A stretch of DNA of 64,000 nt from the NCBI RefSeq assembly GCF_030144855.1, contig NC_082722.1:19282001-19346000 (forward strand), given 5' to 3'. The notes beneath the pieces were generated by a model that had not been told where the DNA came from, did no database searches, and saw only the letters and a program-made list of their open reading frames with translations. The position numbers and the translations under genes were made by a program. Source of the DNA: Hypanus sabinus. Taxonomy: Eukaryota. Positions within the stretch are counted from its first letter, which is position 1; every line of letters begins with the position of its first letter. This document shows positions 35,691 to 51,101 of the stretch, in pieces.

Positions 35691-38600
35691 CTATTGGAAA
35701 GTTTATATACATTTGAAAAAGTATTTTTCAAATATAGCTCCTTAATTAAGTGAAAAGAAGTTACTTCAAAATTTGAATTAATTGTTGTTTGTTGTCATCA
35801 TTATCAGATAAGTTAAGTGAAAAGAACGTCGCGATATTTAGACAACATGAAACAGCAATAACGATCAAAATTGAAATGATGTAAATGGAAGAAACAGAAT
35901 TCTGATTTTCTTCATGAGTAAGCTGGCCGTTTTGTTCGCAATTTCAACACTAAATTATTCGTTGGGTAGAGGCATTTTTGCTAAACGGTCGGATGAAGGA
36001 AGATATAAATGTCACTGCAAAACTCAACATTGTCTCTCCTAAACCCCACTACGCTTAAATCAAACTAACAACATATTGGACCTATATTTAGTCATAGCTC
36101 TCGTTGCGGAAGTTTGCTTCGATTGTTACCATCTCGTCCTCTTTAAAGCATGTACATCTACGTACGTTGCACGTTGCTGTTTTTGAATAAACGAAGATGT
36201 ATTTTTGATAATGAGAAGATAGAGAGCGGCCGAGGCCAACTTGTGATGATCTTTGAAATTAAATGATATTGACCATTATTTCATTATCCTGCGGCTGCAG
36301 AGACGCTGGAGTCTGAAAGAAAGTGGTCACGTGTATCTGTGTCTCATTGATTGTCAGCAGAGGACAGTAACCGTAATGTTTGCCTTTTTAAATAAACTTT
36401 CTCTTTCTGATTTTCCATTCGGGCTGAAATATGGTTCTACGGTCCATCTCTGGCGCACAGAGTAATTCTCGTGCTCATTTCAACATCCAACCTTTCATAT
36501 GAAGGTTATTGCAATCTATTTAAGGGAGCAGATGAATGCTAAGATCAAAGCAGCCTTTCTGCTACCGACGTATTGAGACACTAGTGTTGCAAATCATTAT
36601 ATTTTCAGGGTCGTCGACGGTCAAATTGACATGCTGTTTCTGTGGGTTGTATTTTAGGATGTGTGAATAATTGTAAATAAAATCTGGGAAATAAATATCG
36701 ATCAAAAAGCTGCCACCCCATACCTAGAAGATTGAAAGGTGGTCCTTTTTACCTGGGTCTCAGTGTCTTCCTGATTTGCAGTAACATCGGTCATTCTGGG
36801 AATAACGTGAAGGCGAGGTACTCTTGCAACTTTGGAGTCATTATCTGCCTATAAATTTATTTATGACGCTATTTATGGATTGAGTAGATTTAGATTTTCC
36901 CATTTTCTTTCATTTTGAATTTAAAACTTAGTTTGAGTGCAATCATCAACCATTGTCAAGCATACCCGAAAAGAAAATAAAGATAATGTTGACTGTGCAG
37001 AAGGGTGAAATGGGTGAACGGCTGAAACCTGTTATTTTTCTGATGTGCAGATTCGCAAGCGTTATAGCTAGTGAAATCTCGTGAAAAGCATAGTATTTAC
37101 GTTTCTTTTCACAATATGAAGTATTTTAAAGTCAAATATACCGAGCAATAAGCGAACATCTGCAAAAAACCCTACAATAATATGCACGCTCCACATTTTT
37201 GCTCAGTCACTTCAAACTCAGGAGTCATTTGCATTTCCACCAAACGTTGATACCATGTTCCAGAGGAAAATTAAAATGTTCATTGCAAATATTTCGCAAA
37301 TAATATGTTATGCAGCCAGAATAGCTTCTTTCTATTCAGCTAGGTTCTGAGATTTTTCAGAATTAACATGTTGTTTGCTTCGCTTATTGCAGTACTTCTG
37401 CTCCTAATTCAACAATTTTAGAAACTAAAGAAACCGTTTCATCTCATCAAATTCGTTACTTCGCACGTCGTATCAAAGAATTACACTTACACTTGAAGGA
37501 AAGGGGGTAGCGGGAGAATCCATGAGCCTACCGATGAATATTGTGTCATGATGCGAATCGATTTTATTATCCAAAGTAAGATCGCCTGAAGGGCATTAAG
37601 AACGTATGCGGCTGTACCTATTATTCTATTATTGTGTTTTATGTATTACATCCACCTTCGCCTTTTGTGAATTATATTCCCTGTCACCTAAAGTGTGTAT
37701 TTTACGGTCTGATTTACATTGTGCTTTCAGCTATGTCAGAGGTACTAGTTCCAAATTTTACCTCAATCTCTTTACTTACTTTGTGCATACAGTCGATTGT
37801 GAAGTTAACCATGTGACTCACTATCATGATTCGACCTCCAACATAGTATCACTGAAAGGATTTCTTCATACCTGAGTAGGTATTGTGGAACTAGCCATTT
37901 CGGGTACCTGGATGACAGTGAGAATCAATTCCGAATATAATTACTTCGCTTCTGTTCGTCGTAATGAAGCAATAACACCTACGGAGCATTTAGTCGGAGG
38001 AAATTATTTCCTTCTCACTGATCATTGAATAGCGATCATTAAAAATGTTCTTTACTTAATTTCATTTCAGATTCACAATATTATGAAAGCCGTGAATTTT
38101 ATTTATACAGTCCCTAATCATGATGTGGAACACAACACATTTCTATGTTTTTTGTAAATATTGGGTTAGGTGCCAGATAATCCGATGGAGGGAGAAGCTT
38201 TGAAATAGAATTATTTATTATTTAAATCATAGTTAATTCTGTTGATCAACGCATTTCAAATATAGACAACTTCTACTTGAATGTTTCAGTAGAATTCCAT
38301 TATTCAACTTGTATGCTTCACGTTATTGTTCAAAATAAACCCAATACAATCCGGTTCTGCGACTCGCTCGTATCATTTAATCGCTAAAGGAACATCAGCA
38401 TGATATTTGCAGAAACCTAAACAGTGCAATGTTTTATTGAACCTAAATTTTTTCTTTTGTCTCCACCTTCATTTTCGCATTGTGCTAATCACTTTATTTT
38501 TCATTTTTTTCTCTCTGTTTTTCAAATGTTTCCTGATAATTTCTGTTCTGCTTGTTTCTCTCCTGTTCCCTTGTGAACTCTGGAGAACCGCCCGAATACT

Positions 38601-40754
38601 GCGAGTATCCAAGATGATATTTCCTGTTGACAATTTATTTCTCCCTCATATCTCCAAAGAAGAAATGCTTCTGAATAAAAAATACGGTTATTTGATACAG
38701 CATGCATTACCTTTCAGACTCTCTATTAGAGAACTGGAAATCGTTTTTCTTCAGCAGTGATCAGAAAACTGTTTAGTTACATCTTTTGATATTTGCTAAA
38801 AGACGAAGAATTTGGAACGTTAGCTCTATGGAAATGGTCAGAATTTGAAGGAAGATAGAAAATAAGTAACCACCCTCGTTAGTTTATGTAATGAAAAAGC
38901 GAATGTTTTTATTTGTGAAGCAAAGTATTTTGATTATTAACCCTGCTTTAAATGCTTGCATACAGGCTGATATGACAATAAAATATGATGAATTTGCTGA
39001 CCTTTGAAAATCTGTTAAAAATCTGCAGTTGTGAAATAATAAGCATAACATTTGAAGATGTTGTGGAAGAAAATTTGACAACTACAACTAATGGGCGTTG
39101 GCTGAACACAAAACATTAAGTAAATGGCAGGACAGTACTTTCTAAAAATGATCCATTTGGCAATAAAATGGAGACAAGAGACTTCGGACGCTGGAACCTG
39201 GAGCAACACAATAACCGCTGGCGCAACTCAGCGCGCCAGGCAGCATCATATATAATATAGCTGTAATATCTTGTTAAGGTTACTGATGAATTCTGCTGGG
39301 ATAGGACTCACCAAATAATCAACACAAGTTGAAAAACACAGAATAAATGTAAATGTAGAAGGTTTCGGAAATAACCGATTAGTTTGGCACCTTCGGTGAA
39401 GAGAAACGTCTGCTGGGAAGCTTTCACCATGCAATAAAGCCGAATAAAATCTTAAGCTGCCGTTTTCTACAGTTGCATGCTGAATTCACGTGGACTCTAA
39501 ATTTGCAAAATCTAAGGCATTTGCGTCCTTCCAAACTCAACTCAAGCACACTAGATACTACAGCTCATTTACTACATTGTTTCTTTCCACTTGTCATTCA
39601 TAAATATAATGAAACTTCGTGGTCCTAGAACAAAACCCAAATGGTGGACAATTAGCCCATTATTACCATATGAATACTTTCTTTTTCTGAATCTCATCTC
39701 TCGAATACTCACGTTCGAACCGAATGCCGGCTGTTTATTTATTTCATAGATGCTGCCTGAAGTGCTGAGTTCCTTCAGCATTTGGCGTACTGCAGCTCTG
39801 GACGTTTGGCATCAGCAGAATATTTTGTGTTTATAAATTTTATCCTTCTTAGGATCACAAATTGCAAATATTCGAAGTTATTAGAAAATATTGGAAAAAT
39901 TTAAACAGGTATTCAACTGATATAAAAATAGTTGATATACTTTTGTTGTTTTTGAATGACATATCGTGAGTAAAGAAGCACATACTTTCAGAAATTGCTT
40001 TACAAGAAATTTACTTAAATTAACTTTCTTACTTTTCAATTAAGCGTTAAACGCGATAACGTGGGTATCTGCAACTTACTCGCCTGAGGTGGTGAAGCTT
40101 CTGAGCACACGGAGCTTCCATGATGTCAGCAGGTAACTGTGAGTGCAGTCACTTTGCTGTGTGTACTCTCGTTTATCAAAAACATCTGTACCGGGTGCAT
40201 CTTGTCATTGCAAAGTTAGAAAATTTCACTTTTGAGGAATAGAAATCGCGTTTCACATGCAAAATAGGTGCCTCTTTCGACAAGTAATTTAAATTTCCAT
40301 CAAGTCAGAACAATGGAAAACACAAGTACACAGAAACGGAATATTGCACAATAGGTTCTATACATTTGGCATGAACGTTTATTTTGATATATATATATTT
40401 TTTAAATCGTTACCATATCTTGGAGCACAGCAAAAAAGTATTTCAAACACGTTATTTTTGAGCATTTCAGATAATATGACAAAACAGATGTTAAATGTTA
40501 ACAATGGTAAACACACAGAAAAGTCAGGTTACCAAAAGGAGTACAAAAGAGAAGAAAAACAGCAAGTTCCAGAGTTAAGGTTCGGCATTGTTCGCCGTGG
40601 AAAAGAGGCGATCATTGGGAGTTGGAGAATGGAGTATACCAGAAATTAGCCGAGGTATACTTTCAGCTCTGGTCCTGAAAAAAAAAGGGAGGTAAAATCT
40701 GGAGGAACAAAAGCACAGAGATGTTTGAAAGGATGGATGACAATTATAAAACTC

Positions 40755-42428
40755 ATGTTTTCTTTCACTAAATGGCAGAGTGGTTCGGTGAGTACGTGGT
40801 TTTCTGATAAACAGGTCGCATAAACAAATCTTAAATAGTCACGCAGAATTCTTGAAATCAGTCTTCCATATTGACACGCATATATAGTCCCCCAGTTATG
40901 TCCTCTCGGCCAGGAGTGCACGAATAAGCACAAAGGCAGAGATTTCCTCTGCTTCTACTCGGACTGCAATAATCTGTTCGAAACTGTTCAATCTGATTGC
41001 CTTCCCAGCACAATAGCCAGGAATGTCGACCAATTATCGCACATTTTCAGTGACAGTATTCCGAAAATTTCTGAATTATAATGACATTTTCCTTGCTCGG
41101 ATACAGCATGTCCCCAAATCTAGATTTCTGTAACAATACCAACACTATACGAAGGCAGGCATTGCTGAATATACCCTTAACACTCATCTTGCATTAACTT
41201 ACTTTTCTCCAAAACAGTGTTGTGTAGTACGTGGCATGTCCTCGTGTTGTATCGTCCAGGGCTCAGGACCTACCTTTATTCTGGTGCCCCAGTGCTTCAA
41301 ATTTATAATCGCCAAACTCAGAAAAAGTATAATTTTTATTATTATTTCGAGTTGGTAAATTCAATAGACAATAGACAATAGGTACAGAAGTAGACCATTC
41401 GGCCCCTCCAGTCTGCACCGCCATTCTGAGATCATGGCTGATCATACACTATCAATACCCAGTCCCTGCCTTGTCCCCATATCCCTTGATTCCCCTATCC
41501 ATCAGATATCCATCTAGCTCCTTCTTGAAAGCATACAGAGAATTGGCCTCCACCGTCTTCCGAGGCAGTGCATTCCACACCTCCACAACTCTCTGGGAGA
41601 AGAAGTTGTTCCTCAACTCTGTTTTAAATAACTGACCTCTTATTCTCAATCCATGCCCTCTGGTACTGGACTTTCCCAACATCTGGAACATATTTCCTGC
41701 CTCAATCCTATCAAATCATTTAATTATCTTAAACATTTCAATCAGATCCCCTCTCAATCTCCTCAATTCCAGTGTGTACAAGCCCAATCTCTCCAATCTT
41801 TCTGCGTAAGACAGCCCTGCCATCCCAGGAATCAACCTAGTGAATCTACGCTGCACTTCCTCAATTGCCAGAATGTCCTTCCTCAAACCTGGAGACCAAA
41901 ACTGTACACAATATTCCAGGTGTGGTTTCACCAGGGCCCTGTAAAAATGCAAAAGGACATCCTTGCTCTTGTACTCAATTCCCCTTGTAACAAAGGCCAA
42001 CATTTCATTTGCCCTTTTCACTGCCTGTTGCACTTGCTCATTCACCTTCATTGACTGATGAACTAGGATTCCTAGGTCTCTTTGCATTTCTCCCTTACCT
42101 ATCTCTACACCGTTCAGACAATACTCTGCCCTCTTGTTCCTGCTTCCAAAGCTAGCTTTCAAGCAAGCTAATTTCTGAACTGTTACCAAAATTCCAACTG
42201 GTGTTTAGAATTGTGGCTTTCTGGAGATTTCTATAAATACTGCTGTGTAGACCTGATTGTTTAATGCTTTTACGTTATGATTTTTGGATGATATCAGTTG
42301 TAGATATCACTATTTGGACAAGGTATACCCTTTTCATGTTCCACGGTCTTTCAAATTTCTCTTTTAATTTCAGGTGATTTGCACACATCGATTTCTTATA
42401 TTGTGTGTCTTTGGACTGGCTATATCTA
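40755..42428 (+). CDS. Paralogous two-exon signal peptide (40755-40787; 42374-42428)
   Basis: Conserved ATG, frame and splice sites. The intron carries a CR1 insertion. Confidence 0.55.
41365..42157 (-). mobile_element. CR1 LINE fragment (duplicate of 82-874)
   Basis: Same motifs and TSD. Confidence 0.93.
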
Positions 42429-44146
42429 GTAAGTAGATCTTTTTGCTTGTTTGTCCTGCAATATTTATATGCGAAATTTTATTATAAATTGTCCCATCTG
42501 TAATAATGGATTAATTGTATTATAGCTTTGTGAGACTCTGACTCTCAAACTGAACAAGACACGCGCTTATCTCAAGGAATGGTTCGACTACTTAGTTTGA
42601 AATTTTAAGCAAGATTTTGGGAGAGAATGCTTGCCACTTAATTGTGCCTGTCTGAGTAATCGGATTGACTTCAAATGTGGCAATGTCCTTTAATGAGTTA
42701 GATAGTTTCTGGCCTTTCTGCATGCATCTTCTTACAATTTCCAGTGGTTTTTATTCCGTATTTTTGATCATTTTTTGAGTGTACCACCAGGTCCTGTATA
42801 AATAAACCAACAAGAATAGGATGTCTTCTGATCCTGACTGCAAAAATTCCAAGGTGATCAATGACACCAATTTCAATTTAATGAGTTTAAATGAAATATC
42901 AAACGGAAGAAATAACATTAAAGCACATTTATTTCCACGAACTCTGTTTATTAAGGTAAAAGGATGATGTCAGCATTTGTGCTAACAAAAATTGTGTAGA
43001 CTAACGGAGAATCATCAATACAATAAAAGAACTCAAACACAGTGCGAACAAATAAATTTGCGACCAGGTAATACATAACGAGATTTTAAAGGATGTAATC
43101 AAGCATTAGATGAAAAATTACAAACGGGGCGTTTCAAGAAGATGTGGTGAGGCAAATGTAGCTATAGAAAAGCATCTCAATTACGGTGTACTGTAGGTAG
43201 CTGAAACATGCTGTGCAGTAAAGAGTTGAACATGAAAACAGGAAATACATAGGAATACTGAAAAAGAATGAATGGACACTTTGTACTGGATACAGCTACA
43301 CGGATTAGAGTAGTTGAACTTTTAAGGTATTTTGCTGGATTGTGATTGATTTTCGTGCCTGTTATTAATCCCCCTTGATTGGATGCTTGTTCAAAATAGT
43401 CTGATCTCAGAATCGTAATGTTTTCTGATTTGTCATGGTCTATAATAGGGCATTACCTCCAAGTAATACAATATCCCCCCATATGCAGTCCTCTTTGTCT
43501 GAATATAGGAATAGTTCTAGGCAGAGTAAAAACATTTTCATAACGTGCTGTAGATTTACATCTTAATATCTTAAGTACTTTGGAGGTAACATTTTATTAA
43601 TTTTCCTCAAGTGACTGCAGATTCACCCGATCCAATGATTTTTGGGAAGATAGTCCACTCACCTGTGAATCAAAGTTCAAAGTTTAAAAAGAAATATTAT
43701 CAAAGTACACTTATGACACTCTTTCCAACGTGGGATTCATTGTCTGGCGGGCAAACTCAATAAATCCATAGAGAATAAAATTAACATGATCAATGAAAGA
43801 CTGCAGCAAAGTGGACGTACAACCAAAGTGCAACAGACAACAAACTGAGTAAATACAAAAAGAAAGAAATAATAAATAAATAAGTAATAAATATTGAGAA
43901 CATCAGAGTGTAACGAGGGAGCAGTTGACACCCTTATTGGACACGAGGCAAGTTTGAAGGTGAAAAGTACTATACGTCGTGCATCCAATGTATTTGGAGG
44001 AAGTCGCTGCCTACTAGAGTTGTCTCTCAGACTTTGCCACCATCTTATTCACAATGAACTGGGCCACTTGACAGTGTGTATTGAATTCCTCTCCATAGAG
44101 CCTGATTCCAGTAATACTGCGATGATCTTGTTCATCAAGGACTAAT

Positions 44147-44667
44147 ACACCTGATAACCTGAAGCCTTGTCCAATAAGGATCAGATAGTATCCACAGTTG
44201 CTAAAATGTTATGCGATGAATATATTATTCATTATGATCACGGCAGTGATCAGGGAAGGGATTTTGGGAGCCGGGTCGTATACGATTTACTCTGTATGCT
44301 TGGAGTTCAGAGGTCAAAGGGTACTCCATGTCACTCTCAAGGTGATCCTCAGCATAAAAGATTCAACAGGACATTGCTAAACTTGCGTGGGAACCTTGAT
44401 GACAACAGAAAGGGAAAATATTGGACATCAACATATTGGACATCTGGTTCATTGCTGCAGCTGCACACAGAATGAAATCACTGCGTACTGGCCATACAAG
44501 TTGATATTCTGGCACGAAGCGAGGTCACCTGTAGACGGTTGGTTTGGAACCGTCAGAGGGGGCTTCCCGCACAAAATGTATCTCAAGTATGTGTCTGACG
44601 TGAGGAAAGAAAAGTAAAAAAGCCTATGCGCTAGTAGCAGTTTCTGATACTGATCAAAAGCAGGGAA
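44147..44667 (+). mobile_element. Gypsy integrase fragment (duplicate)
   Basis: Identical ORFs to 2900-3350. Confidence 0.88.
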
Positions 44668-46577
44668 AGTAGAAGAGATATGGTCAAAGGATCTTTTCCT
44701 CGGTTGACGCCTGGAGAATGAGTTCTAATAATAAATTTGGGACTACAAGGGAAGCCTATGTTTACCAACTGCTGAGTTTCTATGTCGTATGTACTGGAGA
44801 GCCAGATGTCAAATTTGCAAGGTTGTGAATTGTCATGTCAGTAATCTCTGTTAGAAAAATCTTTTACTTCAAGGGCAGGAAGAACATGTTAGCCCAGAGT
44901 CTGACATGGAGCCTACGCTTCGTAGAAATCTCGCCGCAGCAGGAGAACAGAAAGACAACAAACTGACAGTAGTGTGATTACAGTCGAAATTCATTAGAAT
45001 GTTGTGATACTAATAATGGATTGATAACTTCTTAAGGTTTATAACGTCATGAGGACATGACTATTTTTGGTCGCAGAGAATGTAATGCCCTGGTTAAGAA
45101 CATGTTCTATCGTATTCCTACTGCTATGCTGTTCGGTGTCTTAATTTTCAGCACATCTTCTGCAAGACGCAGTGCGCTCCAGTAGTTAAGCGTTTTAGAC
45201 CAGTATTTTGGTTTCTACTCAGATAAGGAGCCGTTTGCACATCTTAGGAACCTTGAGTCAGCCCACCGGGTTCGTCTTAGTAACATTCTGTCCAGTGGGA
45301 TGCCATAAAACATTGGAGAGAGCAGGATTGGATCAGATATCCCTGAGGCACAATGGGTTGATTTTCGGTCTCGTTTGCAGGTGTTGGAAGAGGAAGGAGG
45401 TGTAGAGACGAGGACAACCGAAGACGTCAATTCATATTCTATACCTTCACAATAGGGTCCGGGTCAATTTTGACCCGGCCCAAGAATGCCCTCATAGGAA
45501 GTGTGTGTATCAAATTTTGAAGAAAAGATATTTACAGAATGTATAAATTGCCTATCTGACATTAATAAATGGGTGATTAATCCTTAATTTATATTTCGCA
45601 GATCTAAAATCCATTTCAATAGATACGAGTCAAATTTGACCCGGAACACCCTCAATGTACAAAAATTTACAGCACGTACAAAAGTATGAAATTTTTACTT
45701 ATTTTAATTTTTTCGCATATTGGATCAATTTAGAAAAAAGCCACCAAATTTCGGCTAAAAATGGAATTTTGGGTGTTTTCTCTGCTGTCAAATGTCAAAA
45801 CGGGTCAAATTTGTCCCGAACAGCATGTAACGGTTCAAGTTGAAATATCTGTCAATATACTAACAATATAATTTTAAGCCCATGTGAGGTCTGTTATTTC
45901 CTGGTAAACGATAACTGTGCATGAGGCAGTAATGATACAACATTTGCCACATTTTTCGCCTCCTGAGTGGAACAATCCAACTTTCCATTTTAGTTGCACC
46001 GACTCTAGACGTGTTTTGATTATTGAATGTGGCCTTCTCACCGTTACCCATGCAAAACTGGGTCGTTAGCCAGGTTCAGTTAACAAACCTAGCATCAGTG
46101 AGAGTGTAACACCAGAAATAACATTTCACAAAATTCCGCAATCGGGCATTAGTCAAATTGTAAAGATAGGAAAACGTTTTGCTTCCAGGAACAAAGGAAC
46201 CAAGCAACGCAATACCCAAGAGCAATTTTTACTTCCGAAAAAAAATTGCTGAATTTTCCCTTGACGGCAATACACTCCACAGTCTGCGACACTAACATTC
46301 AGGAGGGTAAATGTGCCCTTGCTACTCGTTACACTGAATTACTATTTTCTGCTGACTGATTCTAAAACTGTCCCCCTCCAAATGAAACTTCAGCAATATT
46401 ATGTACAATTGGAACTCTGCAGAATATGGATTCAGTGTTACCGATTAAGAAGTTTAAAATCGGAAGGATAGTTAAACTTCGGCGGAAGTTGCTTTTACGG
46501 TTGACAAATCATAAATGAGAATGATGAAAGCAGTTGAATACAACCTGCAGGCTAAGTTGAAATTGCAGAGGCCCGAG

Positions 46578-48017
46578 CAGATATACTTAAATTGTCCGTA
46601 TCTACGGGTGAGGTGCCGGAGGATTGGAGGATAGCTTATGTTGTTCTGCTGTTTAAAAAAAATCTCTAAACTTAGTCCGGATAATTATATGCTGATACGT
46701 TTGACGTCGGTAGTAGGGAAATTATTAGAAGGATTACTAAGAAATAGGATCTTCAAGTATTTAGAAAGACAGGGATCTATTCGGGAGTGTCAGCACGGCT
46801 TTGTGCTTAGTTTAACAAATCTTTTAGGGTTTTTCGAGGAGGTTACAAGGAAAGTGGATGAAGGGAAGGCTGTGGATGTTGTCTACATGGACTTCAGTAA
46901 GGCCTTTGACAAAGTCCCTCATGGGAGATTACTTAGGAAGAGTCAGTCGTTAGGTGTACATTCTGAGGTAGTAAATTGGATTAGACATTGTTTCAATGGA
47001 AGAAGCCAGAGAGTAGTAGTGGAGGATTGTTTCTCTGAGTGCAGGCCTCTGACTAGTGGTGTGCCACAGGGATCAGTGTTGGGTCCATTGTTATTTGACA
47101 TCTATGTCAATGATCTGGTTGATAATGTGTTAATTGAATGAGCAAATTTGCTGATGATACAAAGATTGGAGGTGTAGTAGACAGTGAGGAAGGTTCTCAA
47201 AACTTGCAGAGAGATTTGCACCAGCTGGAAAAACGGGCTGAAAAATGGCAGATGGAGTTTAACACAGACAAGTGTGAGGTACTACACTTTGGAAGAAAAA
47301 TACAAGGTAGAACATACAAGGTAAATGGTAGGGCGCTGAGGAGTGCAGTAGAATAGGGGCATCTGGGAATACAGATGAAAATGTCCCTAAATATGGCGTC
47401 ATAGGTAGATAGGATAGTAAAGATGCTTTTGGTACATAGGCCTTTCTAAATCAAACTATTGAGTATAAGAGTTGGAAAGTTATAGTGCGGTTGTAAAAGG
47501 CATTGATGAGGCAGATTTTGGAGTATTATGTGCAGTTTTAGTCTCCAAATTACAGGAAGGATATTAATGAGTTTGAAAGAGTGCAGAGAAGGTTTACAAG
47601 GATGTTGCCGGGACCTGAGAAACTGAGTTACAGAGAAAGGTTGAATACCTAAGGACTTTATTCACTGGAACGTGAAGCATGAGGGCAGATATGATAGAGG
47701 TATATAAAATTATGATGGGTATTGATGAGTGAATGCCAGCAGGACTTTTCCACTGATGTTATGGGTGAAAAAAAAAATCCCGAGGACATGGGTTAAGGGT
47801 GAAGGCGGTAAAGTTTAAAGGGAACATTGTGGGGTGTAGTGCTTCGGCACACTTTTATCATTTAAGAAAAAACCTGGAGAGGTACCTGGATGAGAGTTGC
47901 ATGGAGCGATATGGTCCAGGTGCAGGTCAGTGGGACTAGGCGGAAAAATGGTTCGGCACAGCCAAGAAAGGCAAAAAGACCTGTTTCTGTGCTGCAATTA
48001 ATAATGGTTCTATGTTT
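46578..48017 (+). mobile_element. CR1 LINE RT fragment (duplicate)
   Basis: Same motifs. Confidence 0.95.
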
Positions 48018-51000
48018 CTAAGTGGGAAGAAGAATGAAGAAATGACAATATGAGAATTGGATATGTGCTACGTCCTAAGTTGCACAGTGCAAGCAATGTA
48101 TAATATTATAGCATCGGGTTAGCTCGAAAAACATGGCATAATAATTATGTGTATATGGTCAAAATATTCTCTATTAGAGAACTAGAGATCATTTTTCTTC
48201 AGCAGTGATCAGAAAACTAATTAGTTACCGCTTTTGATATTTGCTAAAAGACGAAGAATTTGGAACGTTAGCTCTATGGAAATGGTCAGAATTTGACGGA
48301 AGATAGAAAATAAGTAACCACCCTCGTGAGTTTATGTAATGAAAAAGCGATTGTTTCTATTTGTGAAGCAAAGTATTTTGATTAATAAACCCTGCTTTAA
48401 ATGCTTGCATGCAGATCGATATGACAATAAAATATGACGAATTTGCTGACCTTTGAAAATCTGTTAAAAATCTACAGTTGTGAAATAATAAGCATAACAT
48501 TTGAAGATGTTGTGGAAGATAATTTGACAGCTACAACTAATGGGCGTTGGCTGAACACAAAACATTAAGTAAATGGCAGGACAGTACTTTCTAAAAAGGA
48601 TCAATTTGGCAATAAAATGGAGACAAGAGACTTCGGACGCTGGAACATGGAGCAACACAATATGCGCTGGCGCAACTCAGCGCGCCAGGCAGCATCATGG
48701 GAGGGAAATAGACAGTCGACGGTTGGGGCCGAAGCTCCGCGTCTGCACTTCATTTCTCGCCAGGAAATTAGATAGTAGGGAAAATCGAAATTAAACATTC
48801 TAATCTTCATCCCTGGTCTTGTCCTGTCCGTTTTTCTAACTGTTGGAAGTTTGAAATAATTTGTACAAAATTCATTTTTTATTATTTAAAAAAATTATAT
48901 TTGCATACTTGCAGCTTTATAAAGGAATTAAATACTTTATGAAGAAATGTTTTGTCAACCCGTTAAGATTAGTAATTTCCTCTCAAGTTAGTTCTACGTT
49001 TTTTATGTGAGAGTCAATTATACACCCCACCGCCCCAGATACCATCTATAATGGTGAACCCTTATAATGTACATGGCCTCATTATATAGCAAATTCCAAA
49101 TATTCTATGATCTCGAATACGGAGAATTGCTACAGATAATATAGTTGTAATATCTTGTTAAGGTTACTGATGAGTTCTGCTGGGATAGGACTCACCAAAT
49201 AATCAACACAAGTTGAAAAACACAGCAGAAAAGTAAATGTAGAAGGTTTCGGAAATAACTGATTAGTTTGGCCCCTTCGGTGAAGAGAAACGTCTGCTGG
49301 TAAGCTTTCACCATGCAATCAACCCGGGAAAAATCTTCATCGGCCATTTTCTACAGTTGCATCTTGAGTTCACGTGGACTCTAAATTTGCAAAATCTAAG
49401 GCATTTGCGTCCTTCCACATTCAACTCAAGCACACCAGATATTACAGCTCATTTACTACCTTGTTTCTGTCTACTTGTTATTCATACATATAATGAAACT
49501 TCGTGGTCCTAAAGCAAAATCCAAATGGTCGACAATTAGCCAATATTACCAGATGAAAACTTTTTTTTCTCTGAATCTCATCTCTGGAATACTCACGTTC
49601 GAACCAGTTCAACATTAAACTCAAAAAATTATCTTCAATTCTCATTTTGTTAATCGACTCTGCTGTGGAACATTTCTGATACGTTTTGACAATGCGATAT
49701 TAAATAAATGCATCATGATAAAATGTCAGTGTCCACAATTTCAATATAGTTTTTTTTTAATCAAGTTTGCGAAAATTTCTTCCCTATTAGATAACTTTTA
49801 TCCATGCTCCAGATCTCTGCACTTGTCAGTAGTCATTTGACAACACGGTACAACACACTTATTTCGCCATTCAGTATTCTGAGAACATAAACGGAAAGGG
49901 AATACTATGCATGCATAAAAAATTCTTGTCTAACATTTTTTTTTATGATTTGTGCTTACATTCAAACAAAGCAATTTGTCCTTCTCAGTATCTTATCATA
50001 TCCTTAGGTGATATCAGCTAAATTCCGAGAATCAATATTTCTCCTGGCATTGACTTTGTCTATTCGAGTTCTGAAGAACGGACTCGGTTTGAAATGTCGG
50101 CTGTTTATTTATTTCATAGATGCTGCCTGAAGTGCTGAGTTCCTTCAGCATTTGGAGTACTGTATAGCTCTGGACCTTCGGCATCAGCAGAATGTTTTGT
50201 GTTTATAAATTTTATCCTACTTTTGATGTTATTAGAAAATATTGGAAAATTTTAAACAGGTATTTAACTGATATAAAATAGTTGATATACTTTTGTTGTT
50301 TTTGAATGACATATCGTGAGTAAAGAAACACATACTTTCAGAAATAGCGTTACAAGTAATTTACTTAAATTAACTTTCTTACTTTTCAATTAAGCGTTAA
50401 ACGCGATAACGTGGGTATCTGCAACTTACCCGCCTGAGGTGGTGAAGCTTCTCAGCACACGGAGTTTCCATGATGTCAGCAGCTATCTGTGAGCGCAGTC
50501 ACTTTGCTGGGTGTGCTCTCGTTTAGTAAAAACATCTGTACCGGGTGCATCTTGTCTTTGCAATGTTAGAATGGATCACTTTTGAGGATCAGAAATTGCG
50601 TTTCACGTGCAAAATAGGTGCCCCTTTCGACAAATAATTTACATTTCCATCAAGTCAGAACAAAGGAAAACACAAGTACACATAAACGCAATATTGCACA
50701 ATAGGTTCTATGCATGTGGCATGAACGTTTATTTTGATATATTTTTTAAAATCGGTACCATATCTTGATTGAGCCCAGCAAAAAAGTATTTCAAACACGT
50801 TCTGATTCTGAGCACTTCAGATAATATGACGAAACACATGTTAAATGTTAACAATGTTAAACACACAGAAAATTTAGGTTACCGAAAGGAGTACAAAAGA
50901 GAACAAAAACACTAAATTCCAGAGTTAAAGTTCGGCATTGTTCGCCGTGGAAAAGAGGCGATCATTGGGAGTTGAAGAATGGAGTATACCGCAAATTATC

Positions 51001-51101
51001 CGAGGTATACGTTCAGCTGTGGGCCTGAAAAAAAGGAGATAAAATCTGGAGGAAGAAAAGCACAGAGAGGTTTGAAAGGATCGATGGCAATTATAAAATC
51101 C

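Noticed and set aside
38407-38760. 117-aa hydrophobic ORF as a membrane protein
   Set aside because: It comes from a T/C-rich low-complexity tract with a TTG start and no motif.
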